A stretch of DNA of 64,000 nucleotides from Blastocladiella emersonii ATCC 22665 (GCA_025594325.1 JANHCV010000012.1:868001-932000); one strand, 5' to 3'; counted from the stretch's first letter, positions 44,107-55,816 are shown. Translations and numbers: made by a program. The notes: a model not told the origin generated them from the sequence alone.

Positions 44107-45816
44107 ATGCAACGGCTGCTCCACGCAACCATGTCAACTGCCGCGACTGCCCTCCGCACCCCGCCCGTGCACCGCGGCATGCGCGAGCTGGACCGCGCCG
44201 CGTTCGCCAAGGCGGTCCCGCTGCTGGCGCTGCGCGTGCCGGCGCCGAAAGCCAACTCGGCCATGAAGGCGCTGACGCCGTACCTGCTCAACTGGCCGCG
44301 CCAGCGCAACCTGATCCCGGACCCCGCCGTGAACACGGTTGGGGATAAGAAGGCGACGGCGGCCGCGCCCAAGCTGCTGCTGCTTTCGGTGGATGCGGCC
44401 GAGGGCGAGCCGCCCGCATCCCCCAAACCGGCCGTCGCCGAGGCCCTCGCCAAGCTCGCGCTGCCCGTCGACCCGGTCCCGTACACGCTGCACCTCGGGT
44501 ACGAGTACTGGACGGCGGACGAGATCCTCAAGGCGGTGCTCCCCGAGGACGCCGAGGTGATTTCGGCCTTCGAGACGATCGGCGACATTGCGCACATGAA
44601 CCTGCGCGAGCACGTCCTCGAGTACAAGCGGCTGATCGCCGAGGTCATCCTCGACAAGAACACGCGCATCGCGACCGTCGTCAACAAGACCAGCTCCATC
44701 CACACCCAGTTCCGCACCTTCCCGCTCGAGATCCTCGCCTCGCGCAACCCGGACCACACGCCCGACCACCTCGAGACCACGCTCGCCGAGAACGGCGTCA
44801 CGTTCCGCGTCAACTTCGCCACCGTCTACTGGAACTCGCGCCTGCACACCGAGCACAGCCGCCTCGTCGACTCGTTCGCCGAGACCGACCTGATCGCCGA
44901 CGCCATGTGCGGCGTCGGGCCCTTTGCCATCCCCGCCGCCAAGAACCGCGCGTGCGCCGTCGTCGCCAACGACCTCAACCCCGAGTCGTACCGCTGGCTC
45001 GTCCACAACATCCGCGCCAATGGCATCTCCGGCGCGCCGCCCACTCCCGAAACCGAATCGGCCAAGGACTCGACGTCAACCTCCCGCGCCGTCGTCCACG
45101 GCTACGTCAAGCCGCTCAACACGTGCGGCCGCGCCTTCATCCGGTCCTCGGCCTCCACCCTCGCCGCCGCGTACCGCGACGAGATCCGCCCCGCATACGT
45201 GGCCGCCGCAGCCGCGGAACGCGCGCGCGCCGCCGCCAAGCTCGCCAAGAACCGCGACGCATCCTCGCACATCGCCGCGGCCACGCGCGCGGAAGCCGCG
45301 GTCGCGCGGTGGGACGCGGCGCCCGTCGTGACCTTCGCGCACTACGTCATGAACCTGCCGGCGTCGGCGCTCGGCTTCCTCGACGGGTTCCACGGCATGT
45401 GGTCGGGGTTCGGCGAAGAGCACCGCGCGTACCTGCGCACGGTCCTCCCGCGCGTCCACGTGTACTGCTTCACGCGCGCCGCGTTCCAGGGGAAGTTGGA
45501 GGGGGAGGCCGAGGACGCGGCGGTGCACCGCGATCTCGCCGCGCGGATCAAGCAGGTGATTGGGGCGGATGTCGCGGAGTCCCTGAGCGTGCACCGCGTC
45601 CGGCTTGTCGCCCCGCGCAAGGAGATGTGCTGCGCGTCGTTCACGGTGCCCGAGGCCGTCGTGTTTGGCGAGTCGGTGGTCGGCGATGTCAACGTCGAGC
45701 TGCACTACGACGACCACGAGAGCGAGGAGGCGGCGTCCGCGGGGACCAAGCGCGCGGCCGAAGACCAGGCGGACGAGGGTGAGGCGAAGCGGGCAAGAGT
45801 CGTGTCGGACGAGTAG
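44107..45816 (+). CDS. TRM5: tRNA (guanine-37-N1)-methyltransferase
   Basis: SAFETIGDIAHMNL, VILDKN, FNV-like FRVNFATVYWNSRLHTEH, DAMCGVGPFAIPAAK, ANDLNP, HYVMNLPASA, RVHVYCF, VRLVAPRKEMCCASF. In-frame ATGs at 44107 and 44131. Confidence 0.95.
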   Translation: MQRLLHATMSTAATALRTPPVHRGMRELDRAAFAKAVPLLALRVPAPKANSAMKALTPYLLNWPRQRNLIPDPAVNTVGDKKATAAAPKLLLLSVDAAEGEPPASPKPAVAEALAKLALPVDPVPYTLHLGYEYWTADEILKAVLPEDAEVISAFETIGDIAHMNLREHVLEYKRLIAEVILDKNTRIATVVNKTSSIHTQFRTFPLEILASRNPDHTPDHLETTLAENGVTFRVNFATVYWNSRLHTEHSRLVDSFAETDLIADAMCGVGPFAIPAAKNRACAVVANDLNPESYRWLVHNIRANGISGAPPTPETESAKDSTSTSRAVVHGYVKPLNTCGRAFIRSSASTLAAAYRDEIRPAYVAAAAAERARAAAKLAKNRDASSHIAAATRAEAAVARWDAAPVVTFAHYVMNLPASALGFLDGFHGMWSGFGEEHRAYLRTVLPRVHVYCFTRAAFQGKLEGEAEDAAVHRDLAARIKQVIGADVAESLSVHRVRLVAPRKEMCCASFTVPEAVVFGESVVGDVNVELHYDDHESEEAASAGTKRAAEDQADEGEAKRARVVSDE

Positions 45817-45849
45817 GACGGGTAGCAATACAACTATAGTTTACTGTAT

Positions 45850-47295
45850 TCATGGTGGTGGCTCGACTTCGAGATAACTCCCCTCCTCTTCTTCCGCGAG
45901 CACGCGCTTCGCGATCACCGACTCGGTCACCGCGGCCACCGTCGTCGACACCTGCCCTGCGCCGACCGTCGTGTCGTCAAAGTGCCGCAACCCCGCGCCG
46001 CCGCGGCCTCCTCCCTTGCCGCTGCTCCCGTCGGTCCTCCTTCCCGACTCCCCGCCGCCTCCCGCACTCCCACCACCGCGGTTCTCGACCGCGATCCGCA
46101 CGATGCGGCGGAACTGCGACTCGATGACGATCCCGACCCCCGCGAGGATCGACGACAGCGGCGACCGCGGCGCCGTCGACAGCGCGCCGCCCGCGGTCCC
46201 GAAGATGACCAGCGTCATGAACCACGAGATGCAGTAGACGACGGTCAAGGCGAGGTACGTCCGTTTCACGGAGCGCAGGAGGTACTGCGTCGGGCGCGGC
46301 GTGGGGCGGGACGGCGCGGGACGTGAGGGGGCGGGGGTAGAGGTGGTGGTGATCTGGATCGCGGGCGCGCTGCTGGTGCTGAGCGCGGCCGTCAGCGGCG
46401 ACGTGAGGGTGGCGCCCGACGCGCCGTTCGCGGCCACGGCGCCGTTGGTCGACGCGGCGCGCGAGCGGGACCGCGACCACGACGACTTGATTGACGCGCG
46501 CGTCCGATTCAGCGCGGTCCCGACGCGCGAGCTCGCAGGCGACGCGTCGGCGACCGCGGCAAACGCGGCGCGGTACGCGTAGACCGTGCACAGCACACCC
46601 CAGAGCCCGTGCGCTGTGTTGACAGCGACCATCCAGAGCGGGATCGTGAGGTTCGCCCACGCGTCGCGGGCCTCGAAGTCGAGCATGTTGAGGTACGCCA
46701 TGGTGCTGTTGACGGGCAGCAGGACGAGCGCCAGCGTCACGGTCACGGGCGCGAGGACTGCGCGGAACCGCGTGCGCCGGATGCAGATGCGGAGCACGCG
46801 TTTTAGCATGACGAGGTTCGGGATGGTTGAGACGAGGGCCGAGTGGATGATGGACATGGTCCCGTACGACGGGTACATGACGAGGAATGGGAACCGCGGC
46901 TGCGTCAGCTGCCACACGTCGAAGCCGAGGAGCACCGTCGCCGAGACGGACGTCAGCAGGAGAAGCAGCGGCTGCGTGTCCAGCTCGCGCGAGCCCATCA
47001 GCCACTGCGTCGTGAACGTGCGTGCCGCGCGCCAGCACCGGCACCCGCGGCGGCGGCGTGGGTGGGATGTCTCGAGCGCGCCAGCGGCGGCGTGGTCGGT
47101 GGGCCGGATCGACCACCGCGGCGTCGGGCTTGCCTGCGGCGCGGCATCGTCGCCCGTGTCGAGCGGGCCAATCTGCGCGACCAGCTCGTAGATGCTCACG
47201 GCCAGTGACACGAGACACACGACGCCCGAGGCCGCCGTCAGCAGCTGGTACGACAGGATCTCGTTGGCCGGCAGGACGTAGCCACCGAGGACCAT
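45850..47295 (-). CDS. Orphan seven-transmembrane, GPCR-like protein with a long Ser/Thr/Pro-rich third intracellular loop
   Basis: Seven hydrophobic stretches judged by eye, a long low-complexity loop between TM5 and TM6, and a Gly/acidic tail; intronless. Confidence 0.65.
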   Translation of the reverse strand: MVLGGYVLPANEILSYQLLTAASGVVCLVSLAVSIYELVAQIGPLDTGDDAAPQASPTPRWSIRPTDHAAAGALETSHPRRRRGCRCWRAARTFTTQWLMGSRELDTQPLLLLLTSVSATVLLGFDVWQLTQPRFPFLVMYPSYGTMSIIHSALVSTIPNLVMLKRVLRICIRRTRFRAVLAPVTVTLALVLLPVNSTMAYLNMLDFEARDAWANLTIPLWMVAVNTAHGLWGVLCTVYAYRAAFAAVADASPASSRVGTALNRTRASIKSSWSRSRSRAASTNGAVAANGASGATLTSPLTAALSTSSAPAIQITTTSTPAPSRPAPSRPTPRPTQYLLRSVKRTYLALTVVYCISWFMTLVIFGTAGGALSTAPRSPLSSILAGVGIVIESQFRRIVRIAVENRGGGSAGGGGESGRRTDGSSGKGGGRGGAGLRHFDDTTVGAGQVSTTVAAVTESVIAKRVLAEEEEGSYLEVEPPP

Positions 47296-48185
47296 GGCGG
47301 CGGCGGGTGCGGGTTCATGGGTAGTTCGTTTGGGTTAGGTGCGAGAGAGAGTTCGGATGGGTTGCTCCGAGATGGGGAGAAGGTCGGTCGAAGCGTGGCG
47401 GTCCCCCACCTTCGCGACGCGTCCCGAAATCTTGTGAGTGTCTCACGTCTCGCACACGCACGCGCGCGCGCTTACCGCCGCCGGTGCAAATCCACTCGAT
47501 CGCACTCCCCTTGCGCGACCACTTACCCGACCGGCTGTACTTGCGTGCTTTGGCCACACTTCTCGCGACTTTGCGCGACGAGAAGACGCGCCGCGCCGAG
47601 TCACAAGCATAATCCGTCACGCGGACGCGGTGCAGCGGCCGCGGATCCGCTGCCGTGCAAACGAACGTTCGCGCGGACGGCAAAATCCTCACGCGCGCGC
47701 GTGGCTATTTATTACCTGCTGCCCATCATCCCGAGAATCGTTACATCGCCGACTCGAGCGTGATACGGCGCGATGAGTCCAGCCGCGGGCGCCGTCGACG
47801 AGTCCACGACGCCGGCGTTCGATCCAAGTCCACGGCCTCCACGATCCGCGCGTGCGGTCGTTCGAGAAGCCGTGGACCCGTGAGGACGATGAAGTTTCAG
47901 CACCGCGTGCGCGCGGCGGCGGATGGCGCCGCACGTCGACGCACAAGCCGCGGAGATGTAAGAGCCACAGTCAGCCGACTAGTTTCAGGTCGCGATGACC
48001 TGTGCGCGCACAATCGCATGCTCGTTTCGTTCGCGATGGAGCTCGTGTGCGCGCGATGGACATCGAGCCTGGTGCCGCGGCCGCCGGCGCCGGGGACTAC
48101 AAGTAGCGCGGTCCGCCCGCTTCTCTCCCAGCGTGCTCAGCATCAGATCACCTAGACGATCACCCTCCCCCTTAGAACCCTCACC

Positions 48186-49988
48186 ATGGCCAAGAAGTCC
48201 TCCACCACCCGTAAGCCCTCGACGGCCTTCCTCGCGGCCGCCGCGGCCGCCGTCGCCCTCGTCGGTCTCGCCGCGACCACGGGCGTCTCGGCCTCGCCCG
48301 TCGCCAAGGCCACGTCGCCGCTCCTCGTCCCCAACGCCCGCAAGTTCGTCCCCGTGTCGATCGGCGAGGTCGACATTGACGTCGAGGCGCGCCGCGGCGG
48401 TCGCGGCGGCCGCAAGCCGGCGCCCAAGCCGAAGCCGGCCCCGCCCAAGAAGACCACCACGGCCAAGCCCGCGCCGCCCAAGAAGACCACGACGGCCGCG
48501 GCCCCGCGCAAGACCACCACCACGACCAAGGCGACGCCCTCGACCACCAAGGCCGCGACCCGCGGCGTTCCCTCGGCTTCCGCTTCGGCCTCGTCGGGCG
48601 CCCCGGCCGTCACCAACGCGCCCGTCGCTGGCGACAACAACAACGGCGGCGGCGTCAACATCACCGTCAACCTGCCCATTGGTGGCGGTTCGTCGGCTCC
48701 CGAGCCGACCGAGACCGAGACGGACGCGTCCGAGCCGACCGAGACCGACGTCGCTGAGCCGACGGCCACGGCGACCGAGCCCGCTGACGCTGAGCCGACG
48801 GGCACGCCCGACGCCGAGGACGACGCCGGCGCGGCTCCCGCGGGCCGCGCGGTCGTGTACGAGCAGGTGATCGACATCGCGGCGGTGCAGCCGGGCGCCA
48901 AGAACATTTTCTGGTCGCGCCTTCACTTTGACGCGTCCAAGACCAAGCTGCGCGCGGGCGCCGCCGGCGCCAAGGGGTTCGGCGAGAACCTCCCCGGCGA
49001 CATCCTGCGCATCACGTCGCTGGCCGACGACGGCGTGCAGTACCTCAACGCCGAGACGCTGGCGCAGTGGAAGCACCGGTCGGCGGTGTTCAACGGCGGC
49101 AAGGTCAAGGTCGAGCTGCTGGCGGATCCCGCGGCGCCTGCCGGCGAGAAGCCGTCGGTCGTCGTGTCCCAGCTCGAGACCAACACCCAGGACGGGTACG
49201 ACAGCAACAAGGTCACGCTCCCGCCGCCCGCGTCGCTGTGCACGGCCGCCGACGAGCGTAAGGCGTCGTCGGATGCGCGGAGCGCCCGCATTTTCCCTGT
49301 GGGTTGCACAGCCTGGACCATCACGGACAAGAACGGGTGCCACGTCACGGCCGGGCACTGCTTCGACGGGACCGAGGTCGACGACCAGATCATCCAGATC
49401 AACGTGCCGCAGTCGGCGGTCATCACGACCGCGGGCCAGAAGACGGCGATCCTGCGCCACCCGCACCCCAAGTACCAGTTCGCCGTCGACGCCGAGTCGG
49501 TGCAGTTCAACCTCACGGAGCTGTCGGACGGCGACAAGGCCGAGGACTGGGCGTACTTTGGCTCGTTCCCGAACCCGAACACGGGCCTCACGCACCGCGA
49601 GACGGTCGGCGGCAAGGCGTACACGCTGGCCAAGGTCGATGAGTCGACGTGCGAGCTCGTGCCCGGCCAGGTCAAGGTCGGCGACACGGCGACCATCTAC
49701 GGCTACGGGTTCGTGACCGCGGCCGCGCGCAAGCAGATGTCGCAGGTCCAGCAGGTCGCCAGCGGCAAGGTCGTGGATTTCCCCAACAAGTTCCACATCC
49801 GCCACCGTGCAGACACTGAGGGGGGGAATTCGGGCAGTTCTATTGAGGTTGGGGGCGTCGCCGTGGGGATCCACACGAACGGCGGGTGCACGACGTGGTC
49901 GGCGCGGTCGGCCAACACGGGCTCGCTCGTCTCGATGCCCGCGTTCCAGCGCGCGATCAAGAACCCCAAGGGCGTGTGCAAGGCCTAA
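48186..49988 (+). CDS. Secreted trypsin-like (clan PA, S1) serine protease with low-complexity linker and bacterial-type prodomain
   Basis: Signal-like hydrophobic N-terminus; K/P/T- and E/P/T-rich linker; catalytic motifs TAGHC, EDWAYF and DTEGGNSGSS; intronless. Confidence 0.88.
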   Translation: MAKKSSTTRKPSTAFLAAAAAAVALVGLAATTGVSASPVAKATSPLLVPNARKFVPVSIGEVDIDVEARRGGRGGRKPAPKPKPAPPKKTTTAKPAPPKKTTTAAAPRKTTTTTKATPSTTKAATRGVPSASASASSGAPAVTNAPVAGDNNNGGGVNITVNLPIGGGSSAPEPTETETDASEPTETDVAEPTATATEPADAEPTGTPDAEDDAGAAPAGRAVVYEQVIDIAAVQPGAKNIFWSRLHFDASKTKLRAGAAGAKGFGENLPGDILRITSLADDGVQYLNAETLAQWKHRSAVFNGGKVKVELLADPAAPAGEKPSVVVSQLETNTQDGYDSNKVTLPPPASLCTAADERKASSDARSARIFPVGCTAWTITDKNGCHVTAGHCFDGTEVDDQIIQINVPQSAVITTAGQKTAILRHPHPKYQFAVDAESVQFNLTELSDGDKAEDWAYFGSFPNPNTGLTHRETVGGKAYTLAKVDESTCELVPGQVKVGDTATIYGYGFVTAAARKQMSQVQQVASGKVVDFPNKFHIRHRADTEGGNSGSSIEVGGVAVGIHTNGGCTTWSARSANTGSLVSMPAFQRAIKNPKGVCKA

Positions 49989-50255
49989 TTGTACTTGATA
50001 TATTCCCTGTTTTCCTTGTCAGATCAGCGTATGGATCAGCCAGCGACGCGTCGCGCGCTCGAATGCCACGCCCGTCGCAGTCAGCTGATGACTTGGCCCC
50101 GCTGCGTTCGCTCGCCAACGCGTCGTCGCCGCTCCGCCCTTCTCCTATTCCCCTCTTCCCAATCCCCGCGAAGCTGTACCGGTCTGGGACTTGACGCACT
50201 GCAACTGCACACGGAGCACACGCACGCACACACGAACGAATCGACGCACACTTCC

Positions 50256-52259
50256 ATGAACCGAGGTAGCCCTCCTCGCCCTCCCCTCCTCCCCCTTCCC
50301 GCACTCACCGTCTCCCATACCACAGGCAAGCTCCCCGGCATGGTACCTCCACCCGGCCAGCTCCCGCCGCCCGGCCAGGGGTTCGGAGGGTACCCGCCGC
50401 CCGGCGTCGGCGCCGGCGCGTGGCAGCAGCAGCAACAACAGCAGCAACAGCAGCAGGCCTTCGGTGGCCCGCCTCCACAGCTGGGCATGCCCCCACAGCA
50501 GCAGCGCGGTGCGCCGGGTCTCGACCTCGACTCGGACTTCCCCGCGCTCGGCGCCGCCGCCGCCGCGGGCAGCCGTTCCGGTGCCGGCGGCGCGAACGCC
50601 GCGGGATCGGGTGGCGGCGGGTTCGACGACTTTCCGCCGCTCGGCGCGGCAGCTGCCGCGGCGGCCGCGGCGCAGGGCGCGGGGAACCCCGCGGGGCCCG
50701 GCGGCAACTGGGCGCCCCACTCGCAGGCGGCCGCGGCCGCGGCAGCGGCGGCTGCGGCGCACCTCGGGATGCACGGGATGGCGATGCGCGGCGGACCGCC
50801 GCCGCCCATGGGCGGGATGCCGCCGCCGCAGGGGATCATGGACAAGGTGCGTGCGTATGGGTACGGCTTGGAGGGCGGGCGCTAACTCGACGCGTGGGTC
50901 TAGGGATTCGGCGCGAAACCGCTCGGCGGACCAGGTATGCCGGGCATGATGGGCGTGCCGCCGCCGGGTCCGCCGGGGTCCATGATGCCGCCGCCGCCGC
51001 TCGGCGGGATGCGGCCGAACGTGCCGCCGGGCCCGCCCATGATGCCCGGGATGGCGGGCAAGATGCCGCCGGGTCCGCCGGGTCCGCCCGGACAGCAGCT
51101 CGGTGGGCCGCCTGGGATCGGCGGCGGCGCGGTGCCGCAGCCGCCCCCGCCGCAGGACACGACGCCGCAAAAGGATGCGGACCGGTTCGGACTCATGGGC
51201 CTGCTCGGGATCATCCGCATGACCGACCCCGACCTCAACGCGCTCGCGCTCGGGACCGACCTCACGACGCTCGGGCTCAACCTCAACTCGCCAGAGTGCG
51301 TTTTTCGTGTCTCACTCGCTCGTCGTCGTACCGTGTCGCTAACGCCGTTCGGGGAGTGTAGTGTGCTGTACGCGACGTTCGTGTCGCCCTTCTCGGAGAC
51401 GCCGCACGCGCTCGGTTCGACGGGCCAGGCCATGGAGCCCGAGTACCACCTGCCGTCGTGCTACCAGGTGGCGGTGCCGCAGGGCGGCGGGCCCGAGGCG
51501 CAGGCGGGCAAGCTCAGCAGCTTCTCGGACGAAACGCTCTTCTACATGTTCTACGCGCAGCCGCGCGACGCGGTGCAGGAGATGGTCGCCAACGAGCTGT
51601 ACATCCGGCACTGGCGGTTCCACAAGGAGCTCAGCCTGTGGCTCACCAAGGACACGGGGTCCGAGCCCTCGCTCAAGACGCCCACGTACGAGCGCGGCAT
51701 CTTCATCTTCTTTGACGTGACGACCTGGGAGAAGACCCGCAAGGAGTTTACGCTGTACTACGACCGGCTCGAGGAGCGCCACGGGCAGCCGCCGTCCGCT
51801 GGGATGCAGCACTCGCAGCAGCAGCAGTCGCCCGTCTCGCTCGCCAACGGTAACGGCGCCGGCGCCATCGGGTCCGCCGCGTTCCACTCCGGCTCCGGGC
51901 TCACGGCCGCTGCAGTCGCAGCCGCCGCCGGCTCCCCGTTCGGCGCCGGCGCGGGTCCCGCCGGGCTCGATCCCGCCATGGCGCACCTCGCCGCGGCAAC
52001 GGCCGCCGCCAACCTCGGCGGACCCGCCGGCCCGCGCATGGGCATGTTCGCCGGCCACCACCACGGCCACCACCCACCACCGCCGGGCGCCGCGGGGCTC
52101 CAGCCGCCGCCGCCGGGCGGGCTCCCGCCGATGCAGGGCGGCGGCGAGCAGCAGCACTACCTCTCGCACATGCAGCAGCAGCAGCAGCGCGGCGGCGCCG
52201 ACCCCGGCATGCTCGCGCGGCTCCAGCAGCAGCAGGGGCCCGGGCTCAACATGCGGTGA
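50256..52259 (+). CDS. NOT2: CCR4-NOT complex subunit NOT2; introns 50266..50325, 50847..50903, 51296..51361
   Basis: DRFGLMGLLGIIRMTDPDLNALALGTDLTTLGLNLNS, FSDETLFYMFYAQPRD and WRFHKEL NOT-box motifs; Q/P/G/M-rich termini. Confidence 0.93.
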
Positions 52260-52554
52260 GAGTTTGGGGGTAGGAGGTTTTGTCTCACATACATATATTT
52301 GCGGTTTCTATTACCAGGGGTGCGCGGGTATTAGGCGCGCGTGAATGGGGCGTAGCGCACGTGCGGGCGTTGCCGCACCGCGTCGCTGTCGCTGTCGTTG
52401 ATGTCGCCGGCTTCCGGTCGCCGCTCTCCGTGCTCGACACGAACCACCGGCCATGAAGCGAGGATCGCGCGCCCGCGACTCGGCGCAACGCAACCGCGCC
52501 GCTGAAGCGCATCGACCGACACCGGCACCCGCTACTACGACCGCCACCGCCGCC

Positions 52555-55500
52555 ATGGCGCCCACCACGCCCGACCCGCACCCGCACCCCGCGACGTGTC
52601 TCGCGCACCGCCTGCGCCAAGGGCACCGCCTCCGCCCGATTGACGTGGCCGCGCTCCACGCCGAGCTCGGCGCGCGCATCGAGACCACCCACAGCATGTG
52701 CATGCTGCACCAGGCCGCGCTCGACCCGCTCGCCGCGCTGCCCGACCGCGCTGCCGTCGACTTGGTGCTGCGCAAGAGGGCGGCAGCGGGACCGCCAACT
52801 GTGGGGGATCCCGCGCAGCGCGCCGACCTCCAGCTCGCCGTCCTCGACGCCATGGAGCGCGGCGTCGCGGCGGTCCCCGTCCAGCGCGGGTTCGGGCCGC
52901 CATGCGTGTTTGCTGCCTCCGACGAGGACGATGATCCGCCTCAACCCGTCGTCGCTGCTGCCGTAACGCGAAGCTCAACGACAACGTCAGCAGCGGCAGG
53001 CGGGTCGCGCGACCGCCGCCTCCCGCTCGGTGTGTTCCCCGCCGTTTTGGGCTACGTCGTCAGCACGCTGCTCGCCCCACCGGGCGACCCGGACCCGGAC
53101 CCGTGCGTCCGCGCGCGCGCCCTCGTCATGCTCCACCACTGGGCCGCCGACCCGACGCTGCGCCTCCAGGACGAGATGGCGCGGCTCTCGCCCGAGCTGC
53201 GCACCGCGCTGATTCTTGCCCTCGTCGACTGCGTCAAGTACCCGCCGCACCCCGAGGATGTGGGCGTCGCTGACGAGGTCGCGTCGGCGGTGCCGACCGT
53301 TGCGCCCGCGGCGACGGTGAACGGGCAGACCGCGACCGCGAACGGTAAGGCGTCGCCCGCGTCGTCGGGCAAGGGGAAGAAGGGCAAGAAGAAGAAGGGC
53401 GGCAAGAAGGGTCACGGCGGGAAGAAGGCCGGCAGCACCAGCGGCGGCGGGTCGCCGCACCCGACACTCAGCGACGACAACGACGACGACGAGCACGATG
53501 CGTCGTCCCTGCCCCCTCCGCCACCCCCTCCCTCCGCGTCCGCTGTCGGCACCGCCGCCGTCGCTCCGGCTGCCGCCGCGGGCACCAACCCGCACCACTT
53601 CGCCATCGACCTGGACGTACAGCTCGCGGCCATCGAGCGCCTGTTCTTCGGCGCGGTGCGCGCCGAGCGGTTCAAGTCGGCCGACGCGAACCCGCTGGCC
53701 ACGCTCGACGTGGACTACGAGGCGGTGCGCGCGTCGCCGCTGCTCCTCCGCCACGTCGCCCTGTACGCGACCGAGCAGGTCGTCCGCCGGTACCGCGAGC
53801 AGCTCCTCGAGCACTGGCGCACCGTGCTGCGCGGGATCCTCGACAAGCACCCGGCGCGGCGCGCCGAGTGGCGCGCGTGGGAGGCCGCGCTCGTCGTCGC
53901 GCCCCTCTTGCTCCCGTCGACCGCGATCCCCGGCGCGTGGTGGCGCGGGTGTATCGGGTGGGCGCATGTTGCGCATTCGACCAAGGATGTACGTTATCGG
54001 CGCGTCGCGCACGATCGACGGGCAACGCTGACACCCTGCGCACGACCCGTAGCCGCTCCTGGTCACGGCGGCGATCCAGGTCGCGACCGAGCGGCACTGC
54101 TACAACCTGCACGAGACCAACATGCGCACCATCGCGCTCGGCACGCTCGACGTGCTGAACCGGTCGGACGCGGCGTGCGCGTACGCGCAGTTCATGGCGA
54201 TGCGGCTCGTCGCGTCCAACGTGCTGTGCTGCACGCTGCGCGGCGACCACGTCGCCGACTGGTGCCTCGACACGATCCAGGCGCTCGAGTCGCGGATCCG
54301 CGAGGCGACCAGCGCCGTGCGCTCGCCCATCACCATGGCGGGCGTCTGGGAGCTCATCGAGCGGCTGCCCAACGAAACCTACTCGTCGCCGCACGTCGGG
54401 TCCGGCCTCCTGTGCCCGTCGGCGATCCACGAGTTTGTCCTGTCGCTCATCACGCCGCTCTCGAAGGCGTGGATCGTCACCGTGTGGCGCCGGCACCCGG
54501 CGCGCTGGCTCGCGCTCCTCCGGCTCCAGCTCAAGGTCGTCCGGTCGCTGTGGTCGCGGCCCGCCGGGTACGACTGCCCGTTCTTCGCTGTCATCACCTT
54601 CAACCAGCTCCTCGCCCTCGCCCGCGACCTGCTCGCCGCGCACGCCGACCCGGCGACCCGCGCCGCCGTTTCTTGGGGGATGCCCGGCGACTGGCCCCTC
54701 TTCTCCCGCGACTGGGCGTGGGCCCCCGTCACCAAGGCGCTCCTGCTCCAGACGGTCGAGGCCATGATGCAGTGGAACGTGTTCCAGTTCTACGCGTCCG
54801 ACGACGGGACACAGTGGGAGGAGATGGTCCAGATCATGGAGGCCGCCGTCGCGCTCGACTCGGACGACCTGCTCACGGGCATCGGCAGCATCCTGTCCGG
54901 GTGGTACCACCACGGCACGCTCGCGGCGCAGCTCGAGGACGACGCCGTGCCCGGGACCGGCGCCGCCGCGACGCCCGCTGCCGCGGGGACCGACGGCAAG
55001 GCGGCAACCGCGCCCGCAGCCACCGCGACGACCACGGCACTCGCGCCCGCCAGCTACCACAGCCGCAAGGTGCTCGTCTCCTTCACGCGGATCATGGACA
55101 CGGTGTGGCGCAGCTACGAGGTATGGATGGACGACGACACCGTTCTCCCGCCCGGCGACGCCGACGCCATCTACACCGCACACGGCCTGCGCGCGGGCCG
55201 CCGCATCGCCGCGCTGTTCGCCGACTTCCACTTCCACGCGCGCGACGAGCCCGAGCCGCGGATCTGGGTCCGCCAGATGCTCGAGTACCAGCTGCCGCGC
55301 CTCCTGCGCGAGATCCTCGGGCACGACGCGGGCGAGGTGCGGCACGATTTGGGGGTTGCGAAACTCGCCTCGCTCCTCCTCTTCGTCCCCGCGCCCCACA
55401 AGCGCGCCATGTACCTCCACACGGCGCTGCGCACCGTCCCGCGCGCGTACCGCCGCGGCATCCTCGACGAGCACCTTTTGGGGGAAGGGACGCGACGCCG

Positions 55501-55816
55501 CGCGCGCGACGGGTGTCCGCTCGCGCACGTGCTCCTCAACACCGTCGCGTGGGCTATGTTCTTCCACGTCCGCCACGCGCGCGTCGCGGGTGGTGGCGAG
55601 TTCGACAAGGATCTCGCGGCCCTCATGCGCGCCGCGGCCGAGGTGACCAAGGAGAATGCGGCGAGTGTCGCGGTGCCCATCAACTACCTCGTCCCGCTCG
55701 TTCGCGCCACCGCGAGGGTGGAGACCGGGCCGCCCGCGCTCGATGACGCGGTGCAGGGCGGGGTGCGCGAGAAGTTGGTCGCGCTTGGTGTGCATAATTG
55801 GTGGAAGGGACAGTGA
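52555..55816 (+). CDS. Large orphan alpha-helical protein with basic NLS-like and acidic patches; intron 53989..54052
   Basis: Splicing at GTACGT...CGTAG (CTGAC branch) joins the two long ORFs in frame. Housekeeping-like codon usage; GKGKKGKKKKGGKK stretch. Confidence 0.75.

Noticed and set aside
42777-44822. 681-aa minus-strand ORF
   Set aside because: Crosses the TRM5 antisense, an intergenic region and an off-frame of USP; no domain.
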